This document shows, piece after piece, positions 12,329-26,063 of a stretch of DNA of 64,000 bases. The number at the start of each line of letters is the position of its first letter. Position 1 is the stretch's first letter. The position numbers and the translations under genes were made by a program. The DNA comes from Chiloscyllium plagiosum (Eukaryota), in NCBI RefSeq assembly GCF_004010195.1, contig NC_057719.1:42869925-42933924 (forward strand), given 5' to 3'. The notes beneath the pieces were generated by a model. It saw nothing but the letters and a program-made list of their open reading frames with translations. It was not told the origin of the DNA and did not search any database.

Positions 12329-12498
12329 CACGATAGGTTTACTTCCTTTTACTTCAACTGCCTCTGATCCTAGTGTATTAGATATTGTTCGTTTCAGGCA
12401 GTATTTCATTTTGTATGGTTCTGAGTACTGCAAAATCTTGAGTGCGTCCTCATATTTGACATTATCAAAATAAATTGTAGCACTGATAAGTTGGTCAC
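12329..12498 (-). CDS. AHNAK2: AHNAK2-like exon, C-terminal half of PDZ domain
   Basis: Acceptor ttgttttcatcag|GT GAC CAA (phase 1). Encodes (G)[37 protein letters not shown]..., matching AHNAK2 [30 protein letters not shown]. Best phase-0 donor is GTG|gtgggt at 12328; this exon end is less certain. Confidence 0.92.
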
Positions 12499-14126
12499 CT
12501 GATGAAAACAAAATCATACACAAGTTTAAATAGTGATCAGACCTCAAATGATTTTAAGTCTTTTCACTTTATTTGGCAAACTTACTTAATTAAGGTGCTA
12601 TATGGAACAGTAAGTCCTGCTGCATTTGGCACAACCAGAATGAAAACATACCTTTCATGAAAAGCAAGAATAGGGACTATTGTATTTGGGTCTGAAAGAG
12701 TGAATACAGAGGAGAGCCTTGCACACCACCCATAATGATGATGTCATTTGGACATGTGGATATACGGCTTGGGAGTAAGAGTTAATACCTGATCCTCTTT
12801 GTAATCTCTTTAACAATATCTATCACATCAGTATAATCTGTGCGATGTATATTTTATTTATGTTGTTTATTTTTGATCATTGAATTTTTAATTTTGAACT
12901 AGCATAGAATGTGGATTTTCCCAAATTCCCTGCTTGAAAGGCTATAATGATTAACTTGTGACTATTTCTGAACACCCAGTAATTTCTTTTAATATATAGC
13001 CTGATAGAAAGACTTCCTCGAGAGTATTGGAAATTTGTTGACATTGAGAGAATTTATGAGTGAACCGAGTAAACAGTTACATTTTCAGAAAGAAGATTCT
13101 AGAATTGTTTTAGACTTAGGGGTAACACCCATAGCTTGAAGAAAAAGGCTTTTTTAAATTTCAGTATGAGATGCTATGCAGGATTCTTAGTGTAGTTTGG
13201 ATATATAAAGCAATTTCTCCTGAGCGAGGCAGAAGTTAGTTTAGAATTTTTAACCTAGATTAAGGAGCTTAGTTTGAAAATCCCAGAACAGAAATATTTG
13301 GTTAAAACCTTGAAGGGGTTATGTGAAGCTTAGAATGTTTAAGCTCAATTACATGATGAATCAAGAAGAGGCTATCAGATTCACATGATTAGGAATTGAA
13401 GCCACAGCTAAGTCAAGCATTATGTGGAACTGAAAAGAACACCTCTCCCGTGTTTGTGAGCTACAATTAGATACCATGGGGACTAATGGGCATATATTTT
13501 TACTGTGTGTTTCAAAATGTTTAAACGTGTTACATTTCAGTGTTTTGGTTAATTCTAGCTTAATTTCTTTCTGCATAACAAACTTCTTTTTTTGTTAAAA
13601 CTAAGTCTGCAATATCACATGCTTGTATTTCAGTCAGAGATGACCTTGTTAAAAAAGGAAAAAACAAATAAAACAAAATGTCATCTATCAAATTTAATTT
13701 TAGTCTGGGATCGCACTTCTCCAGTAATAACATCAACTGTCATAATAACACCTGTATCTCAGTTGCTACCATGCAATCAACTACTCCTTGTTCAACATAA
13801 GAATTGCTTGTAGTTAGGCCAATACTTGATCTACTATTCTGGACTAAATACCCATTAAAAGAGGATTATGGCAGCAAACTTACTACATGATGAGATATAG
13901 ACATAGTTTAGTTGCACGTAGAACAGCAACCTGTGAACATGGTCTTGTTTCTATAGGTAATGGAAATGTTTAAGTCTCTTGCCTATATATTAGCTTGGCC
14001 TCTTACTCAAAGGATAGTCAATTCAGGCCAATACCATGGTTTGAACACATAATTTAAGCAGTACAGTATGGAGGGGCATACTGCATTGTCAGATGCGTGA
14101 TCTTTTGGATTAGACATTTAGCTGAA

Positions 14127-14538
14127 CTAGCATGAGAAGATGCTGGTGGAAGTCTTTCTGAAGAAGGGCTCATGCCCAAAACATCGATTCTCCGGCTCCT
14201 TGGATGCTGCCTGACCTGCTGCGCTTTTCCAGCAACACATTTTCAGCTCTGATCTCCAGCATCTGCAGTCCTCACTTTCTCCTCGAAGAGTGTGGCCAAT
14301 GCCAGGACACTGAATAAATTTGAGGGGATAGACAGATAGATAGGTTTTAACTAGTCATGGGTTAAAGGGTTCTGGGAAGTGGACAGTTATGTGGAGTTAA
14401 GGCCAAGATAAAATCAGCCATGTTAGTATTAAATGGTGGAGCAGTCTCAAGGGCTCACTTGCTTACTCCTGCTCTTAGTTCTTATGTTTGTATGTTCTTA
14501 TTGCCTATTCTCAGCTAGCATGAGAAGGTGCTGGTGGA
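14127..14538 (+). mobile_element. CR1 3' end plus family A element, bracketed by a 24-bp direct repeat
   Basis: ctagcatgagaag(a/g)tgctggtgga at 14127-14150 and 14515-14538; family A copy at 14155-14285. Confidence 0.72.
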
Positions 14539-15896
14539 CTTTCTTTTTTTACAGCTGAGTAATTGTTATGTCACTCATCGGGTAGTTAAGATTGACAAGG
14601 TTGAAGTTGGACAGGAGCCATATAAAAGCATGGTCAGGTAAGCCAGGATGTAAAGATTTCCTTATCGTAAAGGACATAATGAACCAACAGTATCACTTTT
14701 GCTGTCAATATCTATTAAGATTAAGGCTGTTTTTTTCTTTAGGCTGAACTAAAATTCTCAAATGGCTATTCTGAAATTTCATGTTCTCTAACTATTAGTT
14801 CAGGATTTCTAGTTCAGTCAAATAACCATGACTCAGTGTCATTTACATATCTACAAAGATTGCATGTGAAAAGCTGTTCGTTGGAGGCAAAACAACTGAG
14901 AATACAAGATATAATAAATTGCATTCCCTCCACAAATGCAAATAGAATGAATAAACATAGTTATAACTGAAGAGAAGAAGATTTAATTTTACACTTTGTA
15001 AATCATAATTCAGGTACTTTTATAAATAAAAACATTGTCAGAAAACTTATGGCATAAATGGAGTGTTATTGAAGAAAGTTTACCAAGTGTAATATTGCTC
15101 TAACAGAGTCTGTTTTTTTCTGGTGTTAATGTTCAAAGAGATCTTTGATCTTCAGTGAGTTTTTTTTTATGTGAATTGAAATTAATTTGCTTAATATAAA
15201 TAATTGATAAAATGAACTTATTTACTCTTTCATAAAGATTTGTATAAGTGCAATCAATATGCTTAGAGATTGCTATGGAATCAAATTGTGGCTCAGATAT
15301 GATTAGTGGTAAAGTGGTGGCCTCAAAGAAAACTACCTACAAATATCTAATGATCTCTGTAACACAGATTTCTCTTTTCTCATATTAGTTTGAATTTGTT
15401 GCCATGTTAAGAAGATCTCCAGAGGTCCAGAAACAATGCTGTCATTCAGTAGAGCAAGCAACCAATCATATTAACATATTCTTATTGTCAGCAAACCAAG
15501 ATATAAAATGTACTCATTATTCTGAATTATCTTGTATAACATAAAATGGCTGTTTGGTATGCACACATTAGAAGTAGAAATACCATAAACATTTTTAAAA
15601 TTGTGTCAAAAATGCAAATATTTTTCAGGGTGCAGAATGTTTACCTTATACATACATGAAATTAATGTTCATGGACCCAAGTGAATCTTCAGCATCAGTT
15701 ATAAAATTAAAACCCAATTACATTTAATTAGGAATGTATAATTCTTGAAGAATGTTGTAATTATGAGTACGAAAAGGAAAGTTCATGTCAGTTAAGTAAT
15801 TTCTAGAGGGTTACAATGAGGGTAGAGTGCAATAAATTACCTTATGGAGAACTCCTGATAGTAATTTCCAGATTGCCACAGTTAACTGTGCATGTA

Positions 15897-16260
15897 TGAA
15901 ACAGAGAAATATAGAAACTAGAAGCAGGAGTAGGGCATTCAACCCTTCAACCCTGCTCCACTGTTCAAGGCTGATCCTCTACCTCAAACACCTTATTTCC
16001 ACTTTCTCTCCATACTCCTTGAAGCCTTTAATATTTAAAAATGTATCAATTTCTTTCTTAAATACGCTCAGTGACTCAACCTTCACAGCCTCCTTTGGTA
16101 GTAAGTTCCATAGATTGACCTAACTCTGGGTGAATAAATGTTTCTGTAACTTAGTCCGAAATGGCCTTCTCTGTATACCGAGACTGTGACTCTTGGTTCT
16201 AGACAACCCAATGAGGGAAGCATCCTCCCTGCATCTAGTCTGTCTAGCCCTGGTAGAATT
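15897..16260 (-). mobile_element. CR1-like LINE 3' fragment
   Basis: Reverse complement of CR1 3' end (gaagcaggagtaggg...ccttcacagcctc...ttctagac). Confidence 0.7.
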
Positions 16261-16982
16261 AAGCATAGATTTCAGAAATTGTTGTCAGTTTCAAAGAACT
16301 AGTGATTATAAATGTTTTTCCATATTGTTACTACCACATGGTCAAGACCTCAACCTTGTTTTCAATAATACTTGTATTAATGTATTATTTCTATATAACT
16401 TAGCTGTTATTAAACTGACATTAAGTGATATTCATTGCATTACAAATATTTGCCTTTTCTTTTGCCAATGTGACACCAGTTGTTCTGTGCAAATATGCTG
16501 ATATGCACAAGTAAGCTCATTTTTCATACTTAGACTGTGTAGAACTGCATCTTGAGGGATAAGAATTATTCCATGTACAGAAAGCAATCTATTGGATTCA
16601 ACATAGCTGCATAACATGCTTTCAGATTCTCTTCAAAATGATAGATATCATCATACAAATCAAAGTATTACAGACTAAAGTCAGGAATAACTTTGTTGTA
16701 ATATTTTATAAAGCTCTAATAATTGTATTATGTTTTAATAATAATGTTATATTTCCTGTCAGCCATACACTAGAAAATTCAGACCTAATGAAACTTCTGG
16801 GATTTTTCATAGTAAAATACTGCAGATTCTGCATTATCCCTTAAAGTATTCAATTAAATTCTTTCTTCTGTTTTTCAGCAGAGATATTAATCTGCTTAAA
16901 ATTAAAAAAAACAATGAAATATAGATGAGTTAGTTAAATGGAATGATTGGTAATTATATGAGAAGATGGACAGTATGTTTGA

Positions 16983-17297
16983 TTAGATTAGATTATTAGA
17001 TTACTTACAGTGTGGAAACAGGCCCTTCGGCCCAACAAGTCCACACCGACCCGCAACCCACCCAGACCCATTCTCCTACATTTACCCCTTCACCTAACAC
17101 TACGGGCAATTTAGCATGGCCAATTCACCTAATCTGCATATTTTTGGACTGTGGGAGGAAACCGGAGCACCCGGAGGAAACCCACGCAGACACGGGGAGA
17201 ATGTGCAAACTCCACACAGAGAGTCGCCTGAGGCAGGAATTGAACCTGGGTCTCTGGCGCTGTGAGGCAGCAGTGCTAACCACTGTGCCACCGTGTC
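16983..17297 (-). mobile_element. tRNA-derived SINE (HE1-like)
   Basis: Reverse complement of the 9971-10299 family with a (ttaga)n tail. Confidence 0.9.
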
Positions 17298-18001
17298 AAC
17301 CACCACGATTGGATGATGTTGTCTTGTTAATTATTTTTCTACAGATGATAAGTTATGCCTGGTCTGAAAAATGTCAACCCAATGCATTAGTGACTTACTT
17401 ATTCATATTTCTAGGCTAATAATCTGTCAATTCCACTGAATAACAGAATATGGTCATTTAGTACTTTCTTCTCTTTTGTCATGTCCTTCCTTAAAAATGA
17501 TTGCTTTTAAAGATGAAACAAATTTTCTCAGGGTTCTCCTGATTACTATCAGTAGAAGATTGGTGAAAGCCCCATTTAGATGTGTATCAGGTACCAGCTA
17601 ACTCTCTTTGTGAATCAGGAACACCCCAGAGGATATTCCCAGCAGTTTCACTAAGTTTCTAAAATGCATGCTGGCCTCCAAGGTGCTTGCTGCACAAATC
17701 AAAGTATTTGAACATCAGGACATAGCTGGATTCTATCCAGCAGAGATCACCAAGTTGTGACAGTTAAAGCAAAAGGAACACTGATTGATTTAGCTCTTGT
17801 CTGGCTCAGGGGAAATTGAGGTCAATTTTTGTTGTTTCAAGCAGTGCTCCAGCTGTGATCAGCTGAATCAGTGGATATTAAGTATTAAACCAGGAATCTA
17901 CACAGTCTATAGGCCTCTTTTTAGCAAGTTAGGTAACCACTTTAATTCTTCTGGGTTTAAACTTTCACGTAATATTCAGTGACTATCTGGATATGCTTTA
18001 C

Positions 18002-18158
18002 CTTCTCTCATTCGTAGCTGTTTTGCAGCAGGAGAATCCTTCAGAACATGTTTGATGAATATGCCATCTTTTTCTCCACTTTTAACACTGAAACCAGTTG
18101 CACCTACTTCAGCCTCTGTGTTCACAAATACTTCCACAACATCCTTTTCCTTTTCTTC
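18002..18158 (-). CDS. AHNAK2: AHNAK2-like exon, N-terminal half of PDZ domain
   Basis: Acceptor tttctttacag|GAA and donor GAA G|gtaaag (157 nt, phase 0 to 1, compatible with next exon). Encodes EEKEKDVVEVFVNTEAEVGATGFSVKSGEKDGIFIKHVLKDSPAAKQLRMRE, like AHNAK2 [44 protein letters not shown]. Confidence 0.94.
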
Positions 18159-18279
18159 CTGTAAAGAAATAAGAAGAAAATGCAAATAAGGCAGCAGGTA
18201 GTTTTAATATTATTTTGTTCTATTTGTCTCCAAATTATGAACAATTTTTTAAATCCCATAAGTAGCAAAAAAAACCTAC

Positions 18280-18387
18280 CACTTTGTGACTCATCTTTGC
18301 AGATAATTGTTTCTTAGACAAAATTTCTAACTCCTTTTTCTGGTCTGTGATGTCGCCAAGTTCTTCATGTGGTAGCTGCCCCAGTAG
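18280..18387 (-). CDS. AHNAK2: AHNAK2-like N-terminal exon (36 codons)
   Basis: Acceptor actttcgtatgcag|CTA and donor GTG|gtaggt; 108 nt, phase 0-0, open (LLGQLPHEELGDITDQKKELEILSKKQLSAKMSHKV). A 121-nt intron separates it from the PDZ exon. Its end (KMSHKV) loosely resembles human RMSRPE. Confidence 0.7.
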
Positions 18388-19659
18388 CTGCATACGAAAG
18401 TTCAGAAATTGGTTGAAATGAGTGCGAATCTTCAAGGTTCTGATCACAAAATGTAATACTTGCATTGAAGTAAATCTGTGTTAAACAATCCTGTAGCTGG
18501 GTTTGAGGCAGATAATTGAAGCTAGACCTTTCTGTCAGCACTATCAGAACAAGTGGCAGCTTTATTCCACTGGGAGTGATACCTCATTGGCGTCCTAAAT
18601 ATAGAATGGGACCTTAGTTGCAAATTGTGTGGGCTGACCTCTTCTGACCTCTTCTGATGAGAGTGCTGCTTCTCTGTTTCTCAGCCTGTTTTAAATTGTC
18701 AAACATCAGTGGGACTAGGGTTATACATGCACATCATCGTCTTAAACCCAGTACCTCCAAATACCCCTTTGAAAACATGAACAAAAATCATCTGCCATGA
18801 TTTTGTGCAATTTTGCCCAGTGCATTGTGAATTTAAATTCCTATATTTCTGTGAAAAATGTAAATCGCTGGATTCTACCTCTACAGTGTTTGACCTCACC
18901 TTTTAAAAAAGTACATAGAAAGATGGTAGAACATATATACCCAACAGAATAGGCATTTAGTATTTTGGAGTGTGAGGAGCAAAACTAATGTAGTCTGTGG
19001 ATTTTGGACACATTCATGAGTGAGCAGGATGCTGGTATTTGGCAGGGGTTAGTTGTGAAATTTAGCCAAGAGGGATTAGCAATATTGGGCACAAAGTCCT
19101 ACAAGTCAGGTCTAACTACACCCGGTCCTGGAGTATGGAAATACTGCAGAAAGGACTTTTGGCTGAACAGGAAGTTATAATGTAGATATTAGCTGTCCTT
19201 GTGACTTAGTTATGATGGTGAATCCTAGATTCCCGTAGCCCCAGCTGAAGGATACCAGCAAGTAGCAGCATTGTGTGAGTCAAATGCCAATATTGCTCAG
19301 TATTGTGAGAGCATCTGAGTTTGATAATTCTGGAGAACATCCTGGGATCTGTAAACTTCGGAGTCAATGGTCCTAGAGGTTGGAAGTGCTAAAAATTAAT
19401 AGAATCATAGAATCATTGACTGATTACAGTCTAGAAGGTGGCCCATCATAGCCCATTATGTTTATGCTGGCTCTCTGCAGCCTCAATTCATTAAGTCCCA
19501 TTCTCTGTGGTCCTTTAAAGTTTCTCTAATAAATTGTCATTTGAAAGTCCTGATTGCAACTGACTCCACCACATTCTTTACAAAGTGCATTGAAGATTCT
19601 AACCCCAGGCAGGATGTCAAAGTATCTCTCAGGTAGGGAAAGAGTTAAAACAGGGATGA

Positions 19660-19950
19660 AGTGAGGACTGCAGATACTAGATATTAGAGTCGAGAGTGTG
19701 ATGCTGGAAAAGCATGCAGGTCAGGTAGCATCTGGGGAGCAGGAGAATCAATGATTCAGGTATAAGCCCTTCATCAGGAATGAAGCTTATGGGTTGGGTG
19801 GCAGAGAGAAAAATGGGAGGGGGTTGGGGCTGGGGGGAAGGTAGCTGAGAATGCAATAGGCAGATGAAAGTGGGGGAAAAGGTGATAGATCAGAGAGGAA
19901 GGTGGAGTGGATAGGTGGGAAAGACAATGGACAGGTCAAGAAGGCAATTT
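19660..19950 (-). mobile_element. Family A PLE-derived element with purine-rich extension
   Basis: gtgaggactgcagat...aagcccttcatcaggaatga followed by a GA-rich tract like 57280-57365. Confidence 0.7.
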
Positions 19951-20192
19951 ACATGTGAAAGAACTGAAACCAACATGTTCATTCTAAAACATGAGAGACT
20001 TAACAAACAATCCAGGTCTTTTTCAATATATAATTTCAGTTTCATCACAATGTAAGCTTTTGCTATAAATTCTGTGTCTTATGATCTTATTCTCCACAAC
20101 CACCTGATGAAGGGGCAGCGTTCCGAAAGCTAGTGCTTCCAAATAAACCTATTGGTCTGTAACCTGGTATTGTGTGATTTTTAACTTTGTAC
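19950..20192 (+). mobile_element. Family B PLE 3' terminal repeat with hammerhead at 20101-20135
   Basis: Matches 63015-63257; CAC-CTGATGA-A-GGGGC-agc-GTTCC-GAAA-GCTA-GTG. Confidence 0.8.
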
Positions 20193-20894
20193 ATCCATTA
20201 ACATTTTACAACTATAACTTTTGAAGTGTAGTCACTGTCTTGATGTTAGTCAATTTTAGTAGGTTCACATAAGAAACAAACAGCTGAGTGTCCATATAAT
20301 TTGTTCTGTTAGGGACGATGGTTGGTCAGGACACCAAGAGTTAAATGATCTTTTACAACCATCTGAATCAGGAACAGGTTTTGAAAAGCAGGACACCCTG
20401 AATATTGTATTGAAAAGTCATAGCAGATTACACTACATTCTGCTACAGAACCCATAAATGTTTGATTTCCAGTTGGAAGTGCTGCTAACTGATGCATGTG
20501 TTCACACTTGAGACGCAATCAAAACTGAAGCTAAATATTTTTTTCCTATGTTTTACAATTTTCTTGCTACTTTGCTTAGCTTCTTGAGAAAATAGAAAGA
20601 GGAAAAGACAAACAAATTGTAGTGCAGAGCTGGGTGTGATCTAGAACAGGTGAGGTTGTTGAGTGCAATTAGCCTGAAGCATTTTCTGACATTTTGCAAA
20701 GGTTACATCAAGTATAATTACATAGAATAAAATGAACTCAACAGGTGGTTGCAGCTTTTACATTTTAATCTTTCAGAGCAATTCTAGATACTGATCATAG
20801 TTTTATTGTGAAAAGTCAAAAGGAGATAGTATTTTTGCATTTTTTTTTGTTGGACATGAATTACAACCTACCCATCAACATTGATTTTGATCAA

Positions 20895-21100
20895 GCAACA
20901 CACCCAGACCTACACCCCATCCCATCCCCATAACCCCACATGGAGTTTAACCATGGAAAACCTACCAACACTGCACATCCCTGGACACCACAGGGCAATT
21001 GTTAACATGGCCAATCCACCTAACCTGGCACACCTTTGGAGGAAACTGGAGGACCCAGAGGAAGCACCGAAGACTGGAATTGAACCTGGTCCTTGGCGCT
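20895..21100 (-). mobile_element. Degenerate HE1-like SINE fragment
   Basis: gggcaattgttaacatggccaatccacctaacctg...ggaattgaacctgg. Confidence 0.7.
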
Positions 21101-22609
21101 CCAGAGAAGATGTTAGATGCTCATCTGAATTACAGCTCTTAAGAGAGTGAAAACAGGACCACTAAGGTGATAGCATAGTCAGATCTAAATCCAAAGAAGC
21201 TGATTGTTACAAGACAGTTAGTTATCTTTTAATTCAAGATAATCTGGAGTCATTCAGAGAGGGTGATTTAATCTCATACAAATATACCATGAGACAAGCC
21301 CACGTGAACTATTTGTTATGGAAACAGAAACTCAAATCAATGTTTATTAAAAGTGATATGTGAGTTTTAACACATTAACACAACAGAGGCAGCTGGAATC
21401 TTGTTGAGGGGTTGGGGGTCTCACCTGTTGACTGAAGAGCTGGAGAGACACCCAAGATGCCACTGGAAAGGCCCTCCAAACCACAGGTCAGTCAACCAGT
21501 GTGAGGCTAACGGAGGGTCTCCCACTGGACTTAAGACCCAGGGGGTCAGGGTTTTGTCTACTCGGAGCTGGAAGCTGATCAAGTGTAGTAGCTCTTGTTT
21601 TAAGAAAATACAGCTGCCAGTAAGTTTGAAAGCACACTGTAGTTACCATGCCCTCAGCTGTTTATCCCTTTGTGGATTCTGTACTCCCTTGGTTGCTTAT
21701 TGTCTGCACTTATGTTCTTGTAGGCTGCACTGGCTTATTAGACTGTGACTCTTCTGAGTTCCAAGCATCCCTAATTTGTCTTATAAGAGATTTAAGCCGT
21801 CTCACAACTTCTGTACTGTAAACTCCTTATTTGCACTTTGACAGTGCAGTATTGAATGCTGCTCTCTCGTACAGTGTTTCATTCCTGCTCCATTACATTC
21901 TTCTCTTTCACCTGCCCTCTTCTGCTCTTCTGAAGTCAGAGTTGTATCATCATCATCATCATTATCTATTTGCATTCTAATTAAAACAGCCCTTGTGCTC
22001 TGCAGCGTAACAGGGCAGATCAGGTGGAACACTCCTTGCAGGCACAGGATTGTAGAGATACACAGGACACAGTAAAGTGGGAATGGATGAGGTTTCCAGG
22101 GTTGAAAGTGGTGTGTGCAGGGGTCGGTTCAAGGGCAGGGGTCTGGCTCTCAACACGCACCCCCTCTCTATTGTCCAGTCCCTCAATTGATGTCCAGTCT
22201 CTTTTTCTGAAGAAGACCTATTGGTTTGGAAGAGTTCTATACAGATGCTGACTGAGCTGCTGCATTTGTCTGGCACTTTCTGATTTTATTTCCCATTTCC
22301 AGTATCTGCAGTTATTTGTTTTTATCAAATTTTAAGCTGTACACATTTATTTTCCAATGTCTACCTTTGTTCCTAAACATGAAAGGCAGTAGTGGCACTT
22401 TACAGCCTTCCAGACTCAAGAATGAGTTCAACAATCTTAGATCATAATAAGCACTTTCACTTCATAGGATGACAGCTGTTGGTAACCATTCTGCTATTGC
22501 CATTTACACATCCAAGACCCACCTTTTGTTTCTTTATTTATCCCATTACATTCCTGTTCGGCCCTGCAGTCCTGTCTTCCTCTTTGCCATTTGACTAGAA
22601 TTCTTTAGA

Positions 22610-22946
22610 AGTAGAATCCCTACAGTATGGAAACAGGCCCTTCAGCCCAACAATTCCACACCCGACCCTCCAAAGACTATCCCACCCAAACAATTATTCT
22701 ACATTTATCTCTGATTAATGCACCTAACCAACATGTTCCTGAACACTACGGGCAATTTAGCATGGCCAATTCACCTAAACTGCACATCTTTGGATGGTGG
22801 AAGAAAACAGGAGCACCCGGAGAAAACCCATGCAGACACGGGGAGAATGTGCAAACTCCACACAGACAGTCACCCGAGGCTGAAATCAAACCTGGTCTCT
22901 GGTGCTGTGAGGCTACAATGCTAACCACTGAGCCACCGTGCTGCCC
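22610..22946 (-). mobile_element. tRNA-derived SINE (HE1-like)
   Basis: gaatccctacagtatggaaacagg...ctaaccactgagccaccgtgctgccc. Confidence 0.88.
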
Positions 22947-24429
22947 GTAATTGGTTGAACTAAAAAAATTAATGGATGAAAGAATCAGTTGAATCCTAAG
23001 GGGAGGCAGGCAGTGACTTAAGGTGAAATATTGTCTGTATTCTAGAAACTTTGAACAACAGTTTGAAGTCTTGTCACAGCAGGAACCTGCTGACATAAAT
23101 ATCAGGAGTTAGCATTTGTACTGCACTTTTAATTTAGCAAAATATCACATGATGCTTATCAGTAGTATCAATAAATGCAATTTTTGTCGCTGAGCAACAT
23201 AAAGGTGTCAGGACAGATGATCACAAACTTGGTCAGAGAGGTAAGTTATAAGGTATTTTTGGAGGAGGGAGAACTTGGTCGGCATGGATGAGTTGGACCG
23301 AAGGGTCTGTTTCCGTACTGTACATAACTAACTTTCATCGTATTACAGAGCTTCCTTTTCGCACATTCCTCCCCTCTCCTTTCCCTGCCTCTGCACATTC
23401 TTAAAATCTACTGCATCTCATTGGCCAACATGTAAACTCTGTCCTTCTCCATAACTGCTGCCTCCACTGCTGCGTATTTCCACAATTTCTGTTGCTGTTG
23501 CAGTATATTGAAGTTACTGTCAATTAATGCAAAAAAGACAATATCATGAGACCACTTTCAGGAAAAATGATACTGCTGTGTGACAATTCATTACTTCACA
23601 AGGAGTACCTTTACAGATCTTTTGTGGATTATTTCAAATTTCTATGCCTCATGCTCAGAATTAAAAGCTTTCATATTTACGTGACAAAATCTAACAGAAA
23701 TATGATGGGAATCTTCACCATGTTCAAACAGCGGATTTCCATCATATTTGTTTTGTCAGCAGTTGTACTCTACCAGATTTCTCTTTATTTTTCAATCTGT
23801 TTAGAATTCGGATGCATCCACATGCTACTTCGACAGATTTTTATTTCAGAATTACACAGAATTTGCAGCTCAGAAACAGGTTATTTGGCCCAGTTGACCC
23901 TGTTTCATTAAACCCGATGCACAAATGTTTCCTTCTGTCTCAGGTTCTTATCTGACATTCCCTTGACACTATTTACATTAATTGCAGTATGTGGTTGAAA
24001 GTTCCACATCCCAACCAATCTCTGGGTAAAACTATTTCGCCTGAACGTTTTATTGAAGTTGTTGTTGTCAATCTTATATTTATGACTAGTCATAAGTATG
24101 AAAACCTACAGGTATTGGTCATTCAAAAACAGAGGTTCACTGCCCAGTTTTTGTGCTTACTTGTTAGAATGCCTCTTGCTGTCATTCACATTACCTACCC
24201 GCGTTGCTTCTGTGTCTCACTTCAACTTTCTGTCTGCCAGGGTTGTAGTCAAGAACTCTTTCCTCTTTTTCATAATTAACTTTAACTGAAACTGCTGATG
24301 CAGCTCAGCTATTGTAAGTAATTTTATAATTATGTGTATAATTCTCTTAGGTTTTAACATTCAGCTGTGAAGTTCAGTCATCATCCTCACAGCCCCAGTT
24401 CTGGTTTCCTCACCTAAGGAACAGTGTGG

Positions 24430-24785
24430 TTATGAAAGACGGAGTGCAATGGAGGCTTATCAGGCTGGTTCTTGGGATGTTGGGCTGTCCTTTGAAAAGC
24501 AATTGAGAGCCTGAAAGGATGTGTACCAGACAGGTTCAGCCATTAAGTAAGTTGAAGACAGAGATGATAAAGATTATTTTAAGTGAATCTTTTTTATATT
24601 TTGCAATGGAATAGCAATAACTGATACAATCTTTGACATTACTCTGCCACTTGCCAGTTAGGAATTGCCTCAAGAGATATGGGCGTAGCACAAGATTATG
24701 ACGGTGAATTAGATATCAACCATGATCTTTATTGGTGGAGCTGGTTCAAGGGGTTGAGTAGCCTCCTCCCACTTGTATGTTGCAT
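24430..24785 (+). mobile_element. Degenerate CR1 3' fragment carrying a templated insertion
   Basis: ggagtgcaatggaggcttatcagg...catgatcttttattggtggagctggttcaagggg. Confidence 0.6.
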
Positions 24786-26063
24786 TCCAGAGTACTGTAT
24801 TTACACAGTCTAATTGTAGCAACCTGCTTGTAAATGTGCCAATAAAAGTAGCATTGATGCTGTTAAATATCCAGGTCCTCCTCTATTAGAACAATTGCGT
24901 TCTGTTTTCAGAAAACTTTTAACTTTAATTCTACCTGTTTGATTAGCTTGAAAAACAAAATCAACTTGCATAAGATGTTGTTCCCTTCGGACTCCATAGA
25001 TCCCAGAAAAATGATGGGCGGAACCCAGATACATAAGACTCGACAGATCTAATTGTTACCAGCAGAATAAGGGCTGAGGCTGTGAGTCTCACAAGATGGA
25101 AGTCCATACTCAACTAGTGCTGACCCCAACCAGATCCCATGTTAATTTACACAAGGGCTTAATCCTTGGTGTGAGATGGACAGATTGATGGAGTAGGCAT
25201 TCGTACTTTGAAGGATGGTCAGCAACTTTTCTAAGTGTCATGATCTTAAGTTCTTAAATCTTCTGCTTTTTAAATATTAAAAGAGGAAGTTGACATTGAG
25301 ATGGCAGCATGGGAAGGTGGGATGGGGAGAGTGGAGGTGGGGGTTGGTGGGGTGTGGTACATAGGGCCGTGAATGTTGATTAACGGTTTGAGAGGTGACG
25401 GGTGAAAGGTGTGTCCACATCTAAACACCTGCGACAATGTCCCAGAGGACTGAGCTGAGCCTTCTCACCAGCCTGTCTCAGCACTTGCCCATCTCTATGT
25501 CTGCGTTGGATCTGCTTCAGGAATCAGCAAGTCAGAAATGATCCCAAGTCTCCCAGAGCAAATTAGTTCAAACAAGGACCCTTTGAAATGGAATGGGTCT
25601 GCCAAATCTGGAAATTTCTGGATATGAGCTAACACATCTAAGGCAAAATTCATTGTTTTGAAGTGGACATCCCATGTATCCAAAAATGTGACTTCAGCAC
25701 ATTTAAAACCATGACTTCTCCTGCTCCTACTTACATTTCTTAGACTAAGGTAAACATGCATATCAGAAAAGGATAAGACCAAGTGGTCAAATTTAGTAGA
25801 ATAGTTGTTTGAACAAAAGTGAGGGACTGAACTTCATTTTCAAATCAACAAACACAACAGTGCAGAATACTTTCAGGATTCACCTTTTGGGGTGGGGGTG
25901 GTTATGTCAAATTTCTTAATCTGCCATTCCGAGAAGGGAGTGGCATTCATACTCAGGGATTGTTAGTCAGACAATCTACAATTTTTCATCCAAGGCTGAA
26001 TTACAGATCATCCTTGATTTTAGCTGTTTTGTTGTAATTTCCACTTCATACTTGTTTACGTAC

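Noticed and set aside
18699..18899. ORF behind a strong-looking acceptor (VRSNTVEVESS...)
   Set aside because: No convincing in-phase donor before the stop and no recognisable homology.
25735..25744. 10-nt micro-exon (ttaccttag|TCTAAGAAAT|gtaagt)
   Set aside because: The splice signals look good, but inclusion between phase-0 exons would shift the frame, and there is no homology support.
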